From contig QOQE01000009.1 of NCBI GenBank assembly GCA_003331935.1, positions 3,503-67,502 of the forward strand: a DNA stretch of 64,000 nucleotides. The letters are read 5' to 3'. The notes below the pieces were generated by a model. The model had not been told where the DNA came from and did no database searches. It was given only the letters and a program-made list of their open reading frames with translations. Positions 29,591 through 38,817 of this stretch are shown here, piece by piece. The DNA is from Alphaproteobacteria bacterium. Lineage in GTDB: Bacteria; Pseudomonadota; Alphaproteobacteria; Rhodobacterales; Rhodobacteraceae. A program made the translations under genes and the position numbers. Position 1 is the stretch's first letter. Every line of letters begins with the position of its first letter.

Positions 29591-30076
29591 ATGCCTAGTT
29601 TTGATATTGTTAGTAAATTAGATATGCAGGAAGTTGAGAATGCAATTTTCAATGCTAGTAAAGAAATTAACCAAAGATATGATTTTAAAGGTTCGAAGAC
29701 AGATATTGAGAGAAATGAGAACTCATTGACTGTGGAAACAGAAGACGACTTAAAGGCAAAGCAAGTCAATGAGCTTTTAATCGGTCATTTTGTAAAGAGA
29801 AGTATTGATCCAAAGGCTCTCAAGGTGAGATCTACAGAGAGTGCTTCCGGCAATCGAGTGAGACAGACCTATGATTTGTTAGAGGGGATTGAGCAAGACA
29901 CATCAAAGAAAATAATTTCTTCAGTTAAACAGAGTAAGTTAAAGGTGCAAGTTAAAATACAAGGAAATGAACTTAGGGTTTCAGGACAAAAAAGGGATAA
30001 TCTTCAGGAAGTTATTGCATTGACCAAAAAACTAGATTTACCTCTTCCTCTACAATTCATAAACTTTAGAGATTAG
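29591..30076 (+). CDS. yajQ: YajQ-family nucleotide-binding protein (UPF0234)
   Basis: 161 aa. MPSFDIVSKLDMQEVENAI...RYDFKGS is the canonical YajQ N-terminus. Confidence 0.9.
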   Translation: MPSFDIVSKLDMQEVENAIFNASKEINQRYDFKGSKTDIERNENSLTVETEDDLKAKQVNELLIGHFVKRSIDPKALKVRSTESASGNRVRQTYDLLEGIEQDTSKKIISSVKQSKLKVQVKIQGNELRVSGQKRDNLQEVIALTKKLDLPLPLQFINFRD

Positions 30077-31545
30077 AGCTCATACAAATCAGAAAATTTT
30101 TCGTCTAAATAATTTAAAAATGGCTCAGGAGTAAAATTCTTTCCTGTTGCTTTTTTGATCAAGTCTGCCGGCTCGTAAAGGCTCCCATGCTTATGTATAT
30201 TCTCTGTTAACCAAGTGGTTGCTAATGTTACGTCACCTATCTCAAATTGGTCTTCAAGACGGGGAATATCTTTTCGCATCTTTTCAAATAAACAACCGGC
30301 ATTTAAGTTTCCCAAAGTGTAAGTTGGAAAATATCCAAATGCACCGATTGACCAATGCACGTCCTGAAGAATCCCATCTGAGGATTTTTCTATGTCTCGG
30401 CCAAAATAATCCTTAAATTTCGTATTCCAGGCCTCAGGTAAATCCGGAACTTCTAAATTTCTTGCAATTACCTCTACTTCAAGCTCAAAGCGAAGCATAA
30501 TATGTAGATTGTAGTGAACTTCATCCGCTTCAGTTCTTATAAAACCGGTTTCAACCTTATTAACCAAACGGTAGAATTCTTCCTCATCGTTAATATCAAA
30601 CTCTCCAAAATAGTTTTTCATTTTTTTGAACAGCCACTTGGTGAATTGCCTAGATCTCCCTATTTGGTTCTCAAATATTCTAGACTGACTTTCGTGAATT
30701 CCCAAAGATACGCCAGAACCCAGAGGAGAGTGTAAAAAGTCTGAAGATACATTTTGCTCATAGCACGCGTGCCCCACTTCGTGAATGGTACTGTATAAAC
30801 AGTTAAAAGGGTCCTTACTATCGACCCGTGTTGTAATGCGTACATCATCGCCGCCACCCGAACAAAAAGGATGTGTTACAGTATCAATTCTTCCTCTATT
30901 AAAATCATAGGAAAATGTCTTTGCTATTTCATGAGCAAGTTTTAATTGTTTCTGAGAATCAAAGTCGCCTTTTAATACGGGCTTAGAAAGTTTTTTTTCG
31001 CTTATTCTCTGTCGCAAATCAAGAAGTCTCGGCTTCATATCTGCAAAAATACTGACAATTTCATTTTTTGTAGTTCCAAACTCGTAGTCATTTATTAACC
31101 CATCATATAAATCCCCACTAGGAGATAAAAGGGAAGCCTCTTCTCTTTTTAAGTCGATTACTTTCTTTAAATGTGGTGAGAACTCAGAAAAATTATTATT
31201 TTGCCGAGCCTTCTGCCAGGCCATTTGAGCCAAGGATGTTGTTGCAGCCAAATTAGATGCAAGTTTGCTCGGTATAGCTACTGCTCTGTCGAAGTCTCTT
31301 TTTATTAGAGTGTATGCTCGTTTTTGAAAAGTTGTTTTAGGTTTGGCTTCCTCCAATAATTTTCCAACCTTCGAATTTTTTTTTCTTTCGTGAATAACTT
31401 CTTCAAGCGCACCCATCTCCATTGCTCGGGAGTTGCCACTTTTGGATGGCATCATTGTCTCTTGATCCCAGGCATTTCTACCAGCTACGGATTGGAGTAA
31501 CCCAGTCGTTCTATTGTAATTGATCAGCTGATCTATAGCGTCCAT
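30073..31545 (-). CDS. M32-family (Taq-type) metallocarboxypeptidase
   Basis: 490 aa with HEVGHACYE (HEXXH), IHESQSR, DVHWS and GYFPTYTLG motifs typical of M32. Confidence 0.85.
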   Translation of the reverse strand: MDAIDQLINYNRTTGLLQSVAGRNAWDQETMMPSKSGNSRAMEMGALEEVIHERKKNSKVGKLLEEAKPKTTFQKRAYTLIKRDFDRAVAIPSKLASNLAATTSLAQMAWQKARQNNNFSEFSPHLKKVIDLKREEASLLSPSGDLYDGLINDYEFGTTKNEIVSIFADMKPRLLDLRQRISEKKLSKPVLKGDFDSQKQLKLAHEIAKTFSYDFNRGRIDTVTHPFCSGGGDDVRITTRVDSKDPFNCLYSTIHEVGHACYEQNVSSDFLHSPLGSGVSLGIHESQSRIFENQIGRSRQFTKWLFKKMKNYFGEFDINDEEEFYRLVNKVETGFIRTEADEVHYNLHIMLRFELEVEVIARNLEVPDLPEAWNTKFKDYFGRDIEKSSDGILQDVHWSIGAFGYFPTYTLGNLNAGCLFEKMRKDIPRLEDQFEIGDVTLATTWLTENIHKHGSLYEPADLIKKATGKNFTPEPFLNYLDEKFSDLYEL

Positions 31546-31590
31546 AAAGCTCTCAATTTTCTAATAAGATTGTTGTCTATTTCCAAAAAG

Positions 31591-31983
31591 TTAGCTGATC
31601 GACATTGCTGACCAATACAAATAGAGGATACTTAGCAAACTCGCAATCCAACTCGCAGATCTTACCCCGATAATGTTCAACCCATATGCGATTACGTAAA
31701 CGAGACGAGCCCAAAAGAAAACTTGAACTGCCAGTATAGTATTTGCACTGCTGGTTTCGGTCATTGCAAGTGCTAAGATTGCTGGACCTATCATCGCTAG
31801 TGCTATCACACAATTTAAAATAGCGCGTTCTAATCGTCCGGTCATACCTGAAAAATTGACGCCTTCTCGACTACTAAACACAGGCATAATTCCAACGTTT
31901 GCCAAGCTAGTAAGCTGTTGGACAAGGGTAGTGGCTATGATTAGAAGTCCATATAAACAGACATAGTATAGTTCTACGCTCAT
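31591..31983 (-). CDS. MAPEG-family membrane protein (microsomal GST-like)
   Basis: 130 aa with 3-4 TM segments. The size and the ERAILNCVIALA-type central motif are consistent with MAPEG. The call is moderate. Confidence 0.55.
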   Translation of the reverse strand: MSVELYYVCLYGLLIIATTLVQQLTSLANVGIMPVFSSREGVNFSGMTGRLERAILNCVIALAMIGPAILALAMTETSSANTILAVQVFFWARLVYVIAYGLNIIGVRSASWIASLLSILYLYWSAMSIS

Positions 31984-32061
31984 TTTTATACCTCTGGTTT
32001 TTTATATTACATTTTTAGAAATAGTTTATTATAAAACTGTTTCAACTACAAAAAATTTACG

Positions 32062-32667
32062 ATGGATGAAATTCAATTAAGAAATCTTTATGGTCCTGCT
32101 ACCGAGAAAGCATCTGCGAAGATAATGAAAAGCTTGGATCCACATAGTGTCAGTTTTATAAATGCATCAAATTTTCTGGTCATGGGGACTTTTGACGGTG
32201 AAGATATTGATCTCTCTCCCAAGGGTGATCCGAAAGGTTTTGTTAAAGTTATATCTGATGATCGCATCGAAATAGCAGACAGACCTGGAAACAATAGGAT
32301 TGATGGGCTTCTAAATATTTCTAAAAACGCAACTGTATCCTTAATATTTTTCATCCCAAAAGTAACAGAAACACTTAGAGTTCAAGGGAAAGCCACTATA
32401 TCAAACGACCCAAAAGTCCTCGAAAATCATAAATTAAAATCTAATTTGCCAAAGACAGTTACAGTTATTAAACCAACAAAAATATTTCTGCATTGTGGCA
32501 AAGCACTACTTCGATCAAGTCTATGGAAGCCTGAAAGCTGGCCTGCTACAAGACCCATAGCCACGCTTTATGAAATGATTGAAGATCAGACCGGATTAAA
32601 TTGTGAAATAAAAAAAGAAAACGACATTATAGAAATGTATGAACGTGAACTTTACGAAAATAAATAA
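32062..32667 (+). CDS. PPOX-class FMN-binding split-barrel flavoprotein (pyridoxamine 5'-phosphate oxidase-related)
   Basis: 201 aa. FLVMGTFDGEDIDLSPKGDPKGFVKV...ADRPGNNRIDGLLNI...LRVQGKATI matches my recollection of the MSMEG_1061-type PPOX family. Confidence 0.65.
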   Translation: MDEIQLRNLYGPATEKASAKIMKSLDPHSVSFINASNFLVMGTFDGEDIDLSPKGDPKGFVKVISDDRIEIADRPGNNRIDGLLNISKNATVSLIFFIPKVTETLRVQGKATISNDPKVLENHKLKSNLPKTVTVIKPTKIFLHCGKALLRSSLWKPESWPATRPIATLYEMIEDQTGLNCEIKKENDIIEMYERELYENK

Positions 32668-32849
32668 TGAATGCAATCTTTATGAATAATTTTATAAAAA
32701 CAAAATGTGGATTAGAAAAGTACGATTTGCTCAAATCACGGAAAGGCATGTACGCAAAGCTTAGATTTTACTGGTTCGTCTTTTTCGCATCAATAAGAGA
32801 CTTAGGCTACAAAAAGAGGATTGAAAAAACTCAAGTTAAAGCTGAGTAA
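32667..32849 (+). CDS. Possible small basic protein (60 aa), very uncertain
   Basis: The ATG overlaps the PPOX-like gene stop (TAATG), which suggests translational coupling. The product is K/R-rich with one hydrophobic segment (FYWFVFFASI). The 3' end overlaps the convergent isomerase gene by 19 nt. No family recognised. Confidence 0.2.
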   Translation: MNAIFMNNFIKTKCGLEKYDLLKSRKGMYAKLRFYWFVFFASIRDLGYKKRIEKTQVKAE

Positions 32850-33469
32850 TCTCCCGTAACCTTCGCACTGATAAGAGCTAATTTTTCACTCCCCCAAAAT
32901 ATTTCTTCTTCAAAGACAAAGGTTGGCACCCCAAATATTCCCATAGATAGTGCGGTATTCATTAAAGCGGTCACACAGTTTTGATTATTGCTCTTCCAAG
33001 ATATGAAATCGGTGCTATCAAGTTGAAATTTGTCGATTAAATTTAAAAGCACCTTTTCATTCTCTATGTCCAGCGCTCTCTTCCAAAATAATTGAAAAGA
33101 CTCGCGCAAAAAAGGTAACAAAGTTTTTTCCGATTTTTCTTTGACCCATAAATGAGCCATAGAAAATAATGAGCTATCCCAAATTTTTTGAGTACCTAAA
33201 ATCGTTTTGCCTTGTAGATTAGCCATCCTTCTGCAATCCATGTAGGAATATTTAACTCTGCGCCACTGATGTGCTGTTCTATTTGAAGAGATTATTTTCC
33301 CTTCGTTATTGACCGTCGCGCTTCCTAAATAGTCAGCAATATCTAGCGTGTATGGCAATAGGTTGCATTTTAATCCCAGTTGATTAAATATTTTTGTCGC
33401 AGGGTCTAAAGCCAAGTAGGCATAGGGACTTTTTATGTCGATGTAAAAATCAATTGAATTATTAGACAT
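32831..33469 (-). CDS. DsbA-fold 2-hydroxychromene-2-carboxylate isomerase-like (kappa-GST-like) protein
   Basis: Track ORF 32831-33475. IDFYIDIKSPYAYLAL at the N-terminus and GIFGVPTFVFEEEIFWGSEKL near the C-terminus are typical of HCCA isomerase/DsbA-family proteins. ATG at 33469. Confidence 0.65.
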   Translation of the reverse strand: MSNNSIDFYIDIKSPYAYLALDPATKIFNQLGLKCNLLPYTLDIADYLGSATVNNEGKIISSNRTAHQWRRVKYSYMDCRRMANLQGKTILGTQKIWDSSLFSMAHLWVKEKSEKTLLPFLRESFQLFWKRALDIENEKVLLNLIDKFQLDSTDFISWKSNNQNCVTALMNTALSMGIFGVPTFVFEEEIFWGSEKLALISAKVTGDYSALT

Positions 33470-33532
33470 CAGCAACTTAACTTAAATGATTTTTAGCGAC
33501 TCTACCTAGATTTATTAAAAGTTAAATATAGC

Positions 33533-33898
33533 TTAATCGGTCTTCGCGTAAGTTTGCGCTGCGGTTGAGTTAAATTCAAACGCTACTACTTCTTCGTCAC
33601 CTACTACCCAACCATTATGACCGGGTTCAATAACATAAACGTCACCAGGCCCAAAAACCTGTTCTGTGCCATCATTATGTTTAGCAGCCATTTGACCAGA
33701 AATCACTGTTCCAACGTGTTTTGCTTGACAACTTTCTCCCCCAACCATCGGTTTGACGCATGTTTCCCAACTCCATCCTGGCTGAAGAACGAGCTTTGCA
33801 GCTGCTATTCCCCCTAGATCACAGACAGATACCTTTGCCTTATCAGGCGCTCTCACTTCATCTGGATTATCAAATGATTTCTTCATTACTGTACTCAT
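33533..33898 (-). CDS. Cupin-domain protein, unknown function
   Basis: 121 aa with AAGGAG 6 nt upstream of the ATG. The beta-barrel-type sequence carries VYVIEPGHNGWVVGDEEVVAFEF. The first cupin metal motif is degenerate (only one His in CQAKHVGTVISGQ). Confidence 0.6.
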   Translation of the reverse strand: MSTVMKKSFDNPDEVRAPDKAKVSVCDLGGIAAAKLVLQPGWSWETCVKPMVGGESCQAKHVGTVISGQMAAKHNDGTEQVFGPGDVYVIEPGHNGWVVGDEEVVAFEFNSTAAQTYAKTD

Positions 33899-34011
33899 GG
33901 TTGCTCCTTTTTTTAGTTCATATATAAAACTAATAGATTTTTTTTGAAATTAGAGTATAACTAATTTTCTTGAAATTACCTAAATAGTTTTTATGTCTTT
34001 ATGGGGAAAAG

Positions 34012-35127
34012 ATGAGTAAAACTGCGGCAGAAAATTTTACCAGTGATATAACACCAGCATTTCAGTTTGGTCTCCCCTATCTTTTTGCACCATTAATGAT
34101 GATCTCGTGGTTTTTTGGGGGATGGACAATACTACTTGTGCCAATATTTGGGTATATCGTTATTACAATTTTTGATGGTTTGATAGGAAAGAAGCTAATT
34201 AAGCCAATTGAGAGTGGTAATGTATCGGAGAACAGGTATAAATACGTTCTTTATGGTTGGGTTCCTCTCCAGTTTTTTTTGATATTCGGCAGTTTAGTTG
34301 CAATATTTATGTTTGACCATCTTAGTGGTACGGAAGCTTTTTTCCTTATGATAGTTCAAGGCATTATTTCAGGAGCAGTGGGGATTGTTTTTGCTCACGA
34401 GCTGATGCATCAAAGAACAAGGTTTGAAAGATTTTTATCAGATCTCTTAATGGGGATGGCGCTATATGGTCATTTTAGAACTGAGCATGTTCTTGTTCAT
34501 CATAGGCACGTTGGAACACGTAAAGATGCGGTCACTGCAAGATATGGGGAAAACTTTTATAGATTTTTTATCCGCGTAATTCCCGAATGTTTTTTGTCCT
34601 CTTGGAACACAGAAAAGGAGCTTCTAAAGAAGAAAAATTTACCTTTATGGGATTTTCAAAATCCTTTTTTTATTTATTTTGGACTCATGCTTTTCTTTTT
34701 ATTGCTAGCTATCCTCATAGGCGGGATACTCGGTGCCATTTGTTTCTTTGTACAAGCTTTCGTCGCAGTATTACATTTGGAAGTAGTGAATTACATTGAG
34801 CATTACGGTCTTGTCAGACAAAGGTTAGACAATGGAAAGTTTGAGCCAACTAGGCCGCATCATAGCTGGAATGCTAACGACCACGCGAGTAACCTTTTGC
34901 TAATTAATCTTCAAAAGCACTCTGATCACCATGCACGACCAAATAAAAAATATCAACATCTCCAATCATATGATGCAGATGACGCGCCTCAGTTACCTTT
35001 TGGCTACCCTTTGATGGTGCTTTTGAGTTTAATCCCACAATTTTGGATGAAAGTTATGAATCCAAAGGTCTTAGAGTGGAGAAAACGATTTTATCCAGAA
35101 TTACAAGAGTGGTCTGAAAGCCCGTAA
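34012..35127 (+). CDS. alkB: Integral-membrane alkane 1-monooxygenase (AlkB) / fatty-acid-desaturase-type diiron hydroxylase
   Basis: 371 aa containing all four AlkB signature boxes: HELMHQ, EHVLVHHRHV, NYIEHYGL and LQKHSDHHA(RP), plus multiple TM segments. Confidence 0.8.
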   Translation: MSKTAAENFTSDITPAFQFGLPYLFAPLMMISWFFGGWTILLVPIFGYIVITIFDGLIGKKLIKPIESGNVSENRYKYVLYGWVPLQFFLIFGSLVAIFMFDHLSGTEAFFLMIVQGIISGAVGIVFAHELMHQRTRFERFLSDLLMGMALYGHFRTEHVLVHHRHVGTRKDAVTARYGENFYRFFIRVIPECFLSSWNTEKELLKKKNLPLWDFQNPFFIYFGLMLFFLLLAILIGGILGAICFFVQAFVAVLHLEVVNYIEHYGLVRQRLDNGKFEPTRPHHSWNANDHASNLLLINLQKHSDHHARPNKKYQHLQSYDADDAPQLPFGYPLMVLLSLIPQFWMKVMNPKVLEWRKRFYPELQEWSESP

Positions 35128-35128
35128 A

Positions 35129-35452
35129 TCAGGTTCCTGGAGGGGAATAGGCGCTAGCCACACTTTTCGCCGTCTTGAGGGCGCTATCTATGTCAATCTC
35201 ACTAAGGGTCACGAGATCCTTGATGGCTCCGCTAGCATTAACGGCAATGGCAGCGCCTAAAGCAACATCTTCGGATGGAACTTCGAAGGTAACTACGATA
35301 TCATATTGACCTCTAGTAAACATCATATCTGTAAGTGTTGCGCCTGCACTACTAACAACGCTTTCCATTACTTTCCTTCTTTCTGCATAACTACTTCCAA
35401 TCATACCTTTCCATGCCGATTCATTATATTTTGCTAAGGCTATTATTTTCAT
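35129..35452 (-). CDS. GYD-domain protein
   Basis: 107 aa with the RGQYDIVVTFEVPSED motif (GxYD) and a length typical of the GYD family. Confidence 0.7.
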   Translation of the reverse strand: MKIIALAKYNESAWKGMIGSSYAERRKVMESVVSSAGATLTDMMFTRGQYDIVVTFEVPSEDVALGAAIAVNASGAIKDLVTLSEIDIDSALKTAKSVASAYSPPGT

Positions 35453-35515
35453 TTTTATCTCCTACTTTATTGATAAGTAATTGTACCATTTGTAGATTAG
35501 AATCTAAATTCTTAT

Positions 35516-36220
35516 TCATAGCTCCCAATTAATAGAGGAAATAACATTGTTGTTTAAATATGTGTTTGTTTTTGAAAATGGTTTTGAGTCAAAAAATCCA
35601 TTTGCAGCTGAATATGGTGAGGGATGAGCACTTTTAATAATTAGATTTACATCCCCGTTTAAAAAGGTCCCTTTTTCTTGTGCTTTTTTTCCCCATAAAA
35701 TATATACCAAATTTGTTTTCTCTTCATTTAATAGAGAAAGTACTTTGTCAGTGAATATTTCCCAGCCCTTGCCCTGATGGGAGGCTGGTTTACTCTTTTC
35801 CACGGTCAATACAGTGTTCAACAACAAAACACCTTCCTTTGCCCACTTTTCAAGACATCCTGACTTAGGTCGCACCAAGCCTATATCTGACTTTAATTCT
35901 TTGAAGATATTTTCAAGAGATGGGGGTGGTTGAACGCCATCTTTTACAGAGAAACTTAGCCCATGTGCTTGTCCTCTCCCATGATAGGGGTCTTGACCTA
36001 GGATCACGACCTTGACTGTTTCAAAAGGGGTTAAATTAAAGGCAGAAAATATCTCTGACCCTACTGGAAAAATCTCCTTTCCCTCTTTTTTTTCTGCTTT
36101 CAAAAAGGTGCTTAGTTCTCTCATATAGGGTTTTTCGAATTCCTCGATAAGCCTTTTTCTCCAACTTTCTTCAATGTTAATACTCGACAAACTAGTTTCC
36201 TTATTAAAACTGAGATGCAT
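35516..36220 (-). CDS. ung: Uracil-DNA glycosylase (family 1)
   Basis: 234 aa with the catalytic motif ILGQDPYHGRGQAHGLSFSV and the C-terminal HPSPYSA motif. Confidence 0.95.
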   Translation of the reverse strand: MHLSFNKETSLSSINIEESWRKRLIEEFEKPYMRELSTFLKAEKKEGKEIFPVGSEIFSAFNLTPFETVKVVILGQDPYHGRGQAHGLSFSVKDGVQPPPSLENIFKELKSDIGLVRPKSGCLEKWAKEGVLLLNTVLTVEKSKPASHQGKGWEIFTDKVLSLLNEEKTNLVYILWGKKAQEKGTFLNGDVNLIIKSAHPSPYSAANGFFDSKPFSKTNTYLNNNVISSINWEL

Positions 36221-36273
36221 TTGTTCATTTAATAGTTTAATATAGAAAAACTTTACAGGAATAGCTTATTTGT

Positions 36274-37554
36274 ATGATTGAAAAAGAACTTTCAGAAAGA
36301 ATTAATGCGGAAGTTGATAAATTATTTGATGATCAAATAAAGTTTACGCAAAAGCTTACTAGATTTCCGTCGTTACGCGGTCAGGAACATACAGCCCAGG
36401 ACTTTCTTTTTGACGAAATGACGAAGCGAAATTATGCACTTGATCGGTGGACGGTGAATGTGGAAGATATAAAGGATCATCCAGGCTTTTCACCAGTAAA
36501 GGTAGATTACTCAAATGCAATTAATGTTGTCGCTACTCATAGGCCAAAAAAAGAAATAGGAAGATCTCTCATTCTAAACGGACATATTGATGTCGTTCCA
36601 GAAGGCCCTTATGAAATGTGGTCACGCAACCCGTTTGACCCTGCTATTGAAGGTGATTGGATGTATGGTAGGGGCGGGGCAGATATGAAGGCAGGAATCG
36701 TTGCAAACATATTTGCTATGGATGCGATAAGAAACCTGGGCTACCAACCAGCAGCGCGTGTTCATATTCAGTCAGTAGTAGAGGAAGAATGTACAGGAAA
36801 CGGTGCGCTAGCGTGTTTGGTTAGAGGATATAATGCGGAAGCAGCAATTATTCCAGAACCGGTTGATGACAAATTAGTGAGAGGGAACGTCGGTGTATTA
36901 TGGTTTAAAGTAATAGTAAAAGGTCTGCCTGTACACGTGAGAGAAGCGGGCGCTGGCCAAAATGCAATTGAAGCGTGCTTCCCAATAATTAAAGCTTTAA
37001 GAAAACTTGAAGAAGATTGGAACGTAGAAAAGACAAATTTTAAATATTATAAAGATACTGAACATCCCATAAATTTTAATGTTGGAAAGATTAAAGGGGG
37101 GGACTGGGCGTCCTCTGTCCCATCTTGGTGTGAATTCGACTGTCGAATTGCAATTTTTCCTGACTGGGATCCGAAAGAAAAATCATTAGAAATAGAAAAA
37201 TGCATTAGAGAAGCTTCGCTAAATGATGCCTTTCTTTCAAATAATCCCCCTCAAATTGAGTGGAACGGTTTTTTTGCAAAGGGGTATGTTTTAGAGGAGG
37301 GCACAGAAGCTGAGAAAGTACTAGGTGAGTCTCACTTTCTTGCTTATGAAGGAGATATGAAAAGCTTTATTAGTCCTGCATACCTTGATGCTAGAGTATT
37401 CATGGTATATGGCGATTGCCCCTGTTTGGTATATGGACCGTATTCAGAAAATATTCATGGTTTTGATGAAAGAGTGAGTTTGAGCTCGGTCAGGAAAATA
37501 ACAAAGACAATAGCGTTATTCATAGCTGATTGGTGTAAATTGGAAAAGATTTAG
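36274..37554 (+). CDS. M20-family ArgE/DapE-type deacylase
   Basis: 426 aa with LILNGHIDVVP, GRGGADMKAG and SVVEEECTGNG motifs of M20 metallohydrolases. Confidence 0.8.
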   Translation: MIEKELSERINAEVDKLFDDQIKFTQKLTRFPSLRGQEHTAQDFLFDEMTKRNYALDRWTVNVEDIKDHPGFSPVKVDYSNAINVVATHRPKKEIGRSLILNGHIDVVPEGPYEMWSRNPFDPAIEGDWMYGRGGADMKAGIVANIFAMDAIRNLGYQPAARVHIQSVVEEECTGNGALACLVRGYNAEAAIIPEPVDDKLVRGNVGVLWFKVIVKGLPVHVREAGAGQNAIEACFPIIKALRKLEEDWNVEKTNFKYYKDTEHPINFNVGKIKGGDWASSVPSWCEFDCRIAIFPDWDPKEKSLEIEKCIREASLNDAFLSNNPPQIEWNGFFAKGYVLEEGTEAEKVLGESHFLAYEGDMKSFISPAYLDARVFMVYGDCPCLVYGPYSENIHGFDERVSLSSVRKITKTIALFIADWCKLEKI

Positions 37555-37581
37555 TTTAAAAAAATCTTTAAATTAAAACTA

Positions 37582-38280
37582 CTAATCGGGCATCATTCCC
37601 GTTGGTACTGCTTTCCCTTTGATAATCAGTTTTGGTTCCTCTTTTATTCCAACAAGTTCGGGTCTAGAATCCAGATATTCGGATACGCCTTTTAAATTTT
37701 CTATTGCACTTAGAAAGCCCTTTATGGTTGGCCAATCATCAAAAATAGTGGGCTCCAGAACTCGAATCATTGATAATTGATGGTATGTCCCAAAGTCGCA
37801 ATACGTGGGACTCCTTCCTAGAAAAAATGGACCACTATTATCTCTTTCTAAATACTTATTGAAATAAAATATCTTTGGTTCACATCCAGATAGAATCATT
37901 TTTTTGAGAGACTCGTATTCCTCTCCGACTTTAAAATTTATAGTTGCATTTAGAGGCTGGAATAGTTCTTGGCTTGACTCAAATATTGCATCGGCTACTC
38001 CCCTGTCTTCTTCATTAATAGGACAGGTGTTTGCCAAATTGGCTGTATATCTCATTATCGAGCCGCTTTGCCATATATGTGTTTTGTTATCTACAATGAG
38101 AACAGGTAGCTGACCGAACCCTATTTCCTTTTTCATTTCTGGCCATGGTTTGTCAAAATATTCCCAAGCCATATAATAGGTGTAGGGAACATTGCCGTAA
38201 CATAATTGCATTTGTATTGCTTCTGTAAATGCTCTCATTTTAAAATATACAAGATCAAGTTTTGGGAAAGACTTTTCCAT
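37582..38280 (-). CDS. Glutathione S-transferase family protein
   Basis: 232 aa. The thioredoxin-like N-domain carries GFGQLPVLIVDNKTHIWQSGSIMRYTA (the GST G-site region), followed by a helical C-domain. Confidence 0.65.
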   Translation of the reverse strand: MEKSFPKLDLVYFKMRAFTEAIQMQLCYGNVPYTYYMAWEYFDKPWPEMKKEIGFGQLPVLIVDNKTHIWQSGSIMRYTANLANTCPINEEDRGVADAIFESSQELFQPLNATINFKVGEEYESLKKMILSGCEPKIFYFNKYLERDNSGPFFLGRSPTYCDFGTYHQLSMIRVLEPTIFDDWPTIKGFLSAIENLKGVSEYLDSRPELVGIKEEPKLIIKGKAVPTGMMPD

Positions 38281-38347
38281 AGGTATTCTCCAACATTCCG
38301 CTTAGTGCGAACAGCCGATGAAGCTGTTGCGTTACTAATAAAGTTAA

Positions 38348-38377
38348 TTTATTCATTTGGATCATATCATGAATAAA
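38348..38377. promoter_or_regulatory. 9-bp perfect inverted repeat (TTTATTCAT-N12-ATGAATAAA) in a divergent promoter region
   Basis: Read directly from the sequence. It lies between the GST start (38280, -) and the PqiA-like start (38395, +). Function unknown. The AT-rich composition lowers its significance. Confidence 0.3.
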
Positions 38378-38394
38378 CTACGAATCGGCCCTAT

Positions 38395-38817
38395 TTGTTA
38401 AGAATAATCATTTTTACAGCTACCGAGACAGTCCTTCTTTTTTTAGGAATACTTTCTCCATTTGCTCGGATACAAGAATTTTGGATTTTTGAAGAGGAGT
38501 TTTCAATATTTAGCCTAGTTCTTTCTCTATTTGATGAGCAAAATTTTTTGCTTGGTGTAACGATATTGGTCTTTGGCATTTTAATCCCTCTTGTAAGACT
38601 ATGTACTAACTGCATCCCAGGCTCTAGACTCAAAAATTTAAATTTGCATAAGCTAGCAATGTTAGATATTTTTCTGATAAGTTTTCTTATTTTTTCATCT
38701 CAAATGTCCTATTTCTTTGAGGTCAGCCTCCTAAGAGGCTTCTATTTTTTATTTGCAGCTTTGGTTGTAAGCTACTTAAACCACTGGATTGGCATGGGTA
38801 AAAATAATGTTAATTAA
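38395..38817 (+). CDS. Single-domain PqiA-like integral membrane protein
   Basis: 140 aa with a TTG start and 4 hydrophobic segments. SIFSLVLSLFDEQNFLLGVTILVFGILIPLVRL resembles the PqiA-domain core. No MCE/PqiB partner is adjacent. Confidence 0.5.
   Translation: MLRIIIFTATETVLLFLGILSPFARIQEFWIFEEEFSIFSLVLSLFDEQNFLLGVTILVFGILIPLVRLCTNCIPGSRLKNLNLHKLAMLDIFLISFLIFSSQMSYFFEVSLLRGFYFLFAALVVSYLNHWIGMGKNNVN

Noticed and set aside
33533-33898. The small cupin as a DddK/DddW-like DMSP lyase.
   Set aside because: The cupin metal motif HxHxxxxE is absent (CQAKHVGTVISGQ has a single His). The sequence does not resemble the DddK sequence I recall. It remains a cupin of unknown function.
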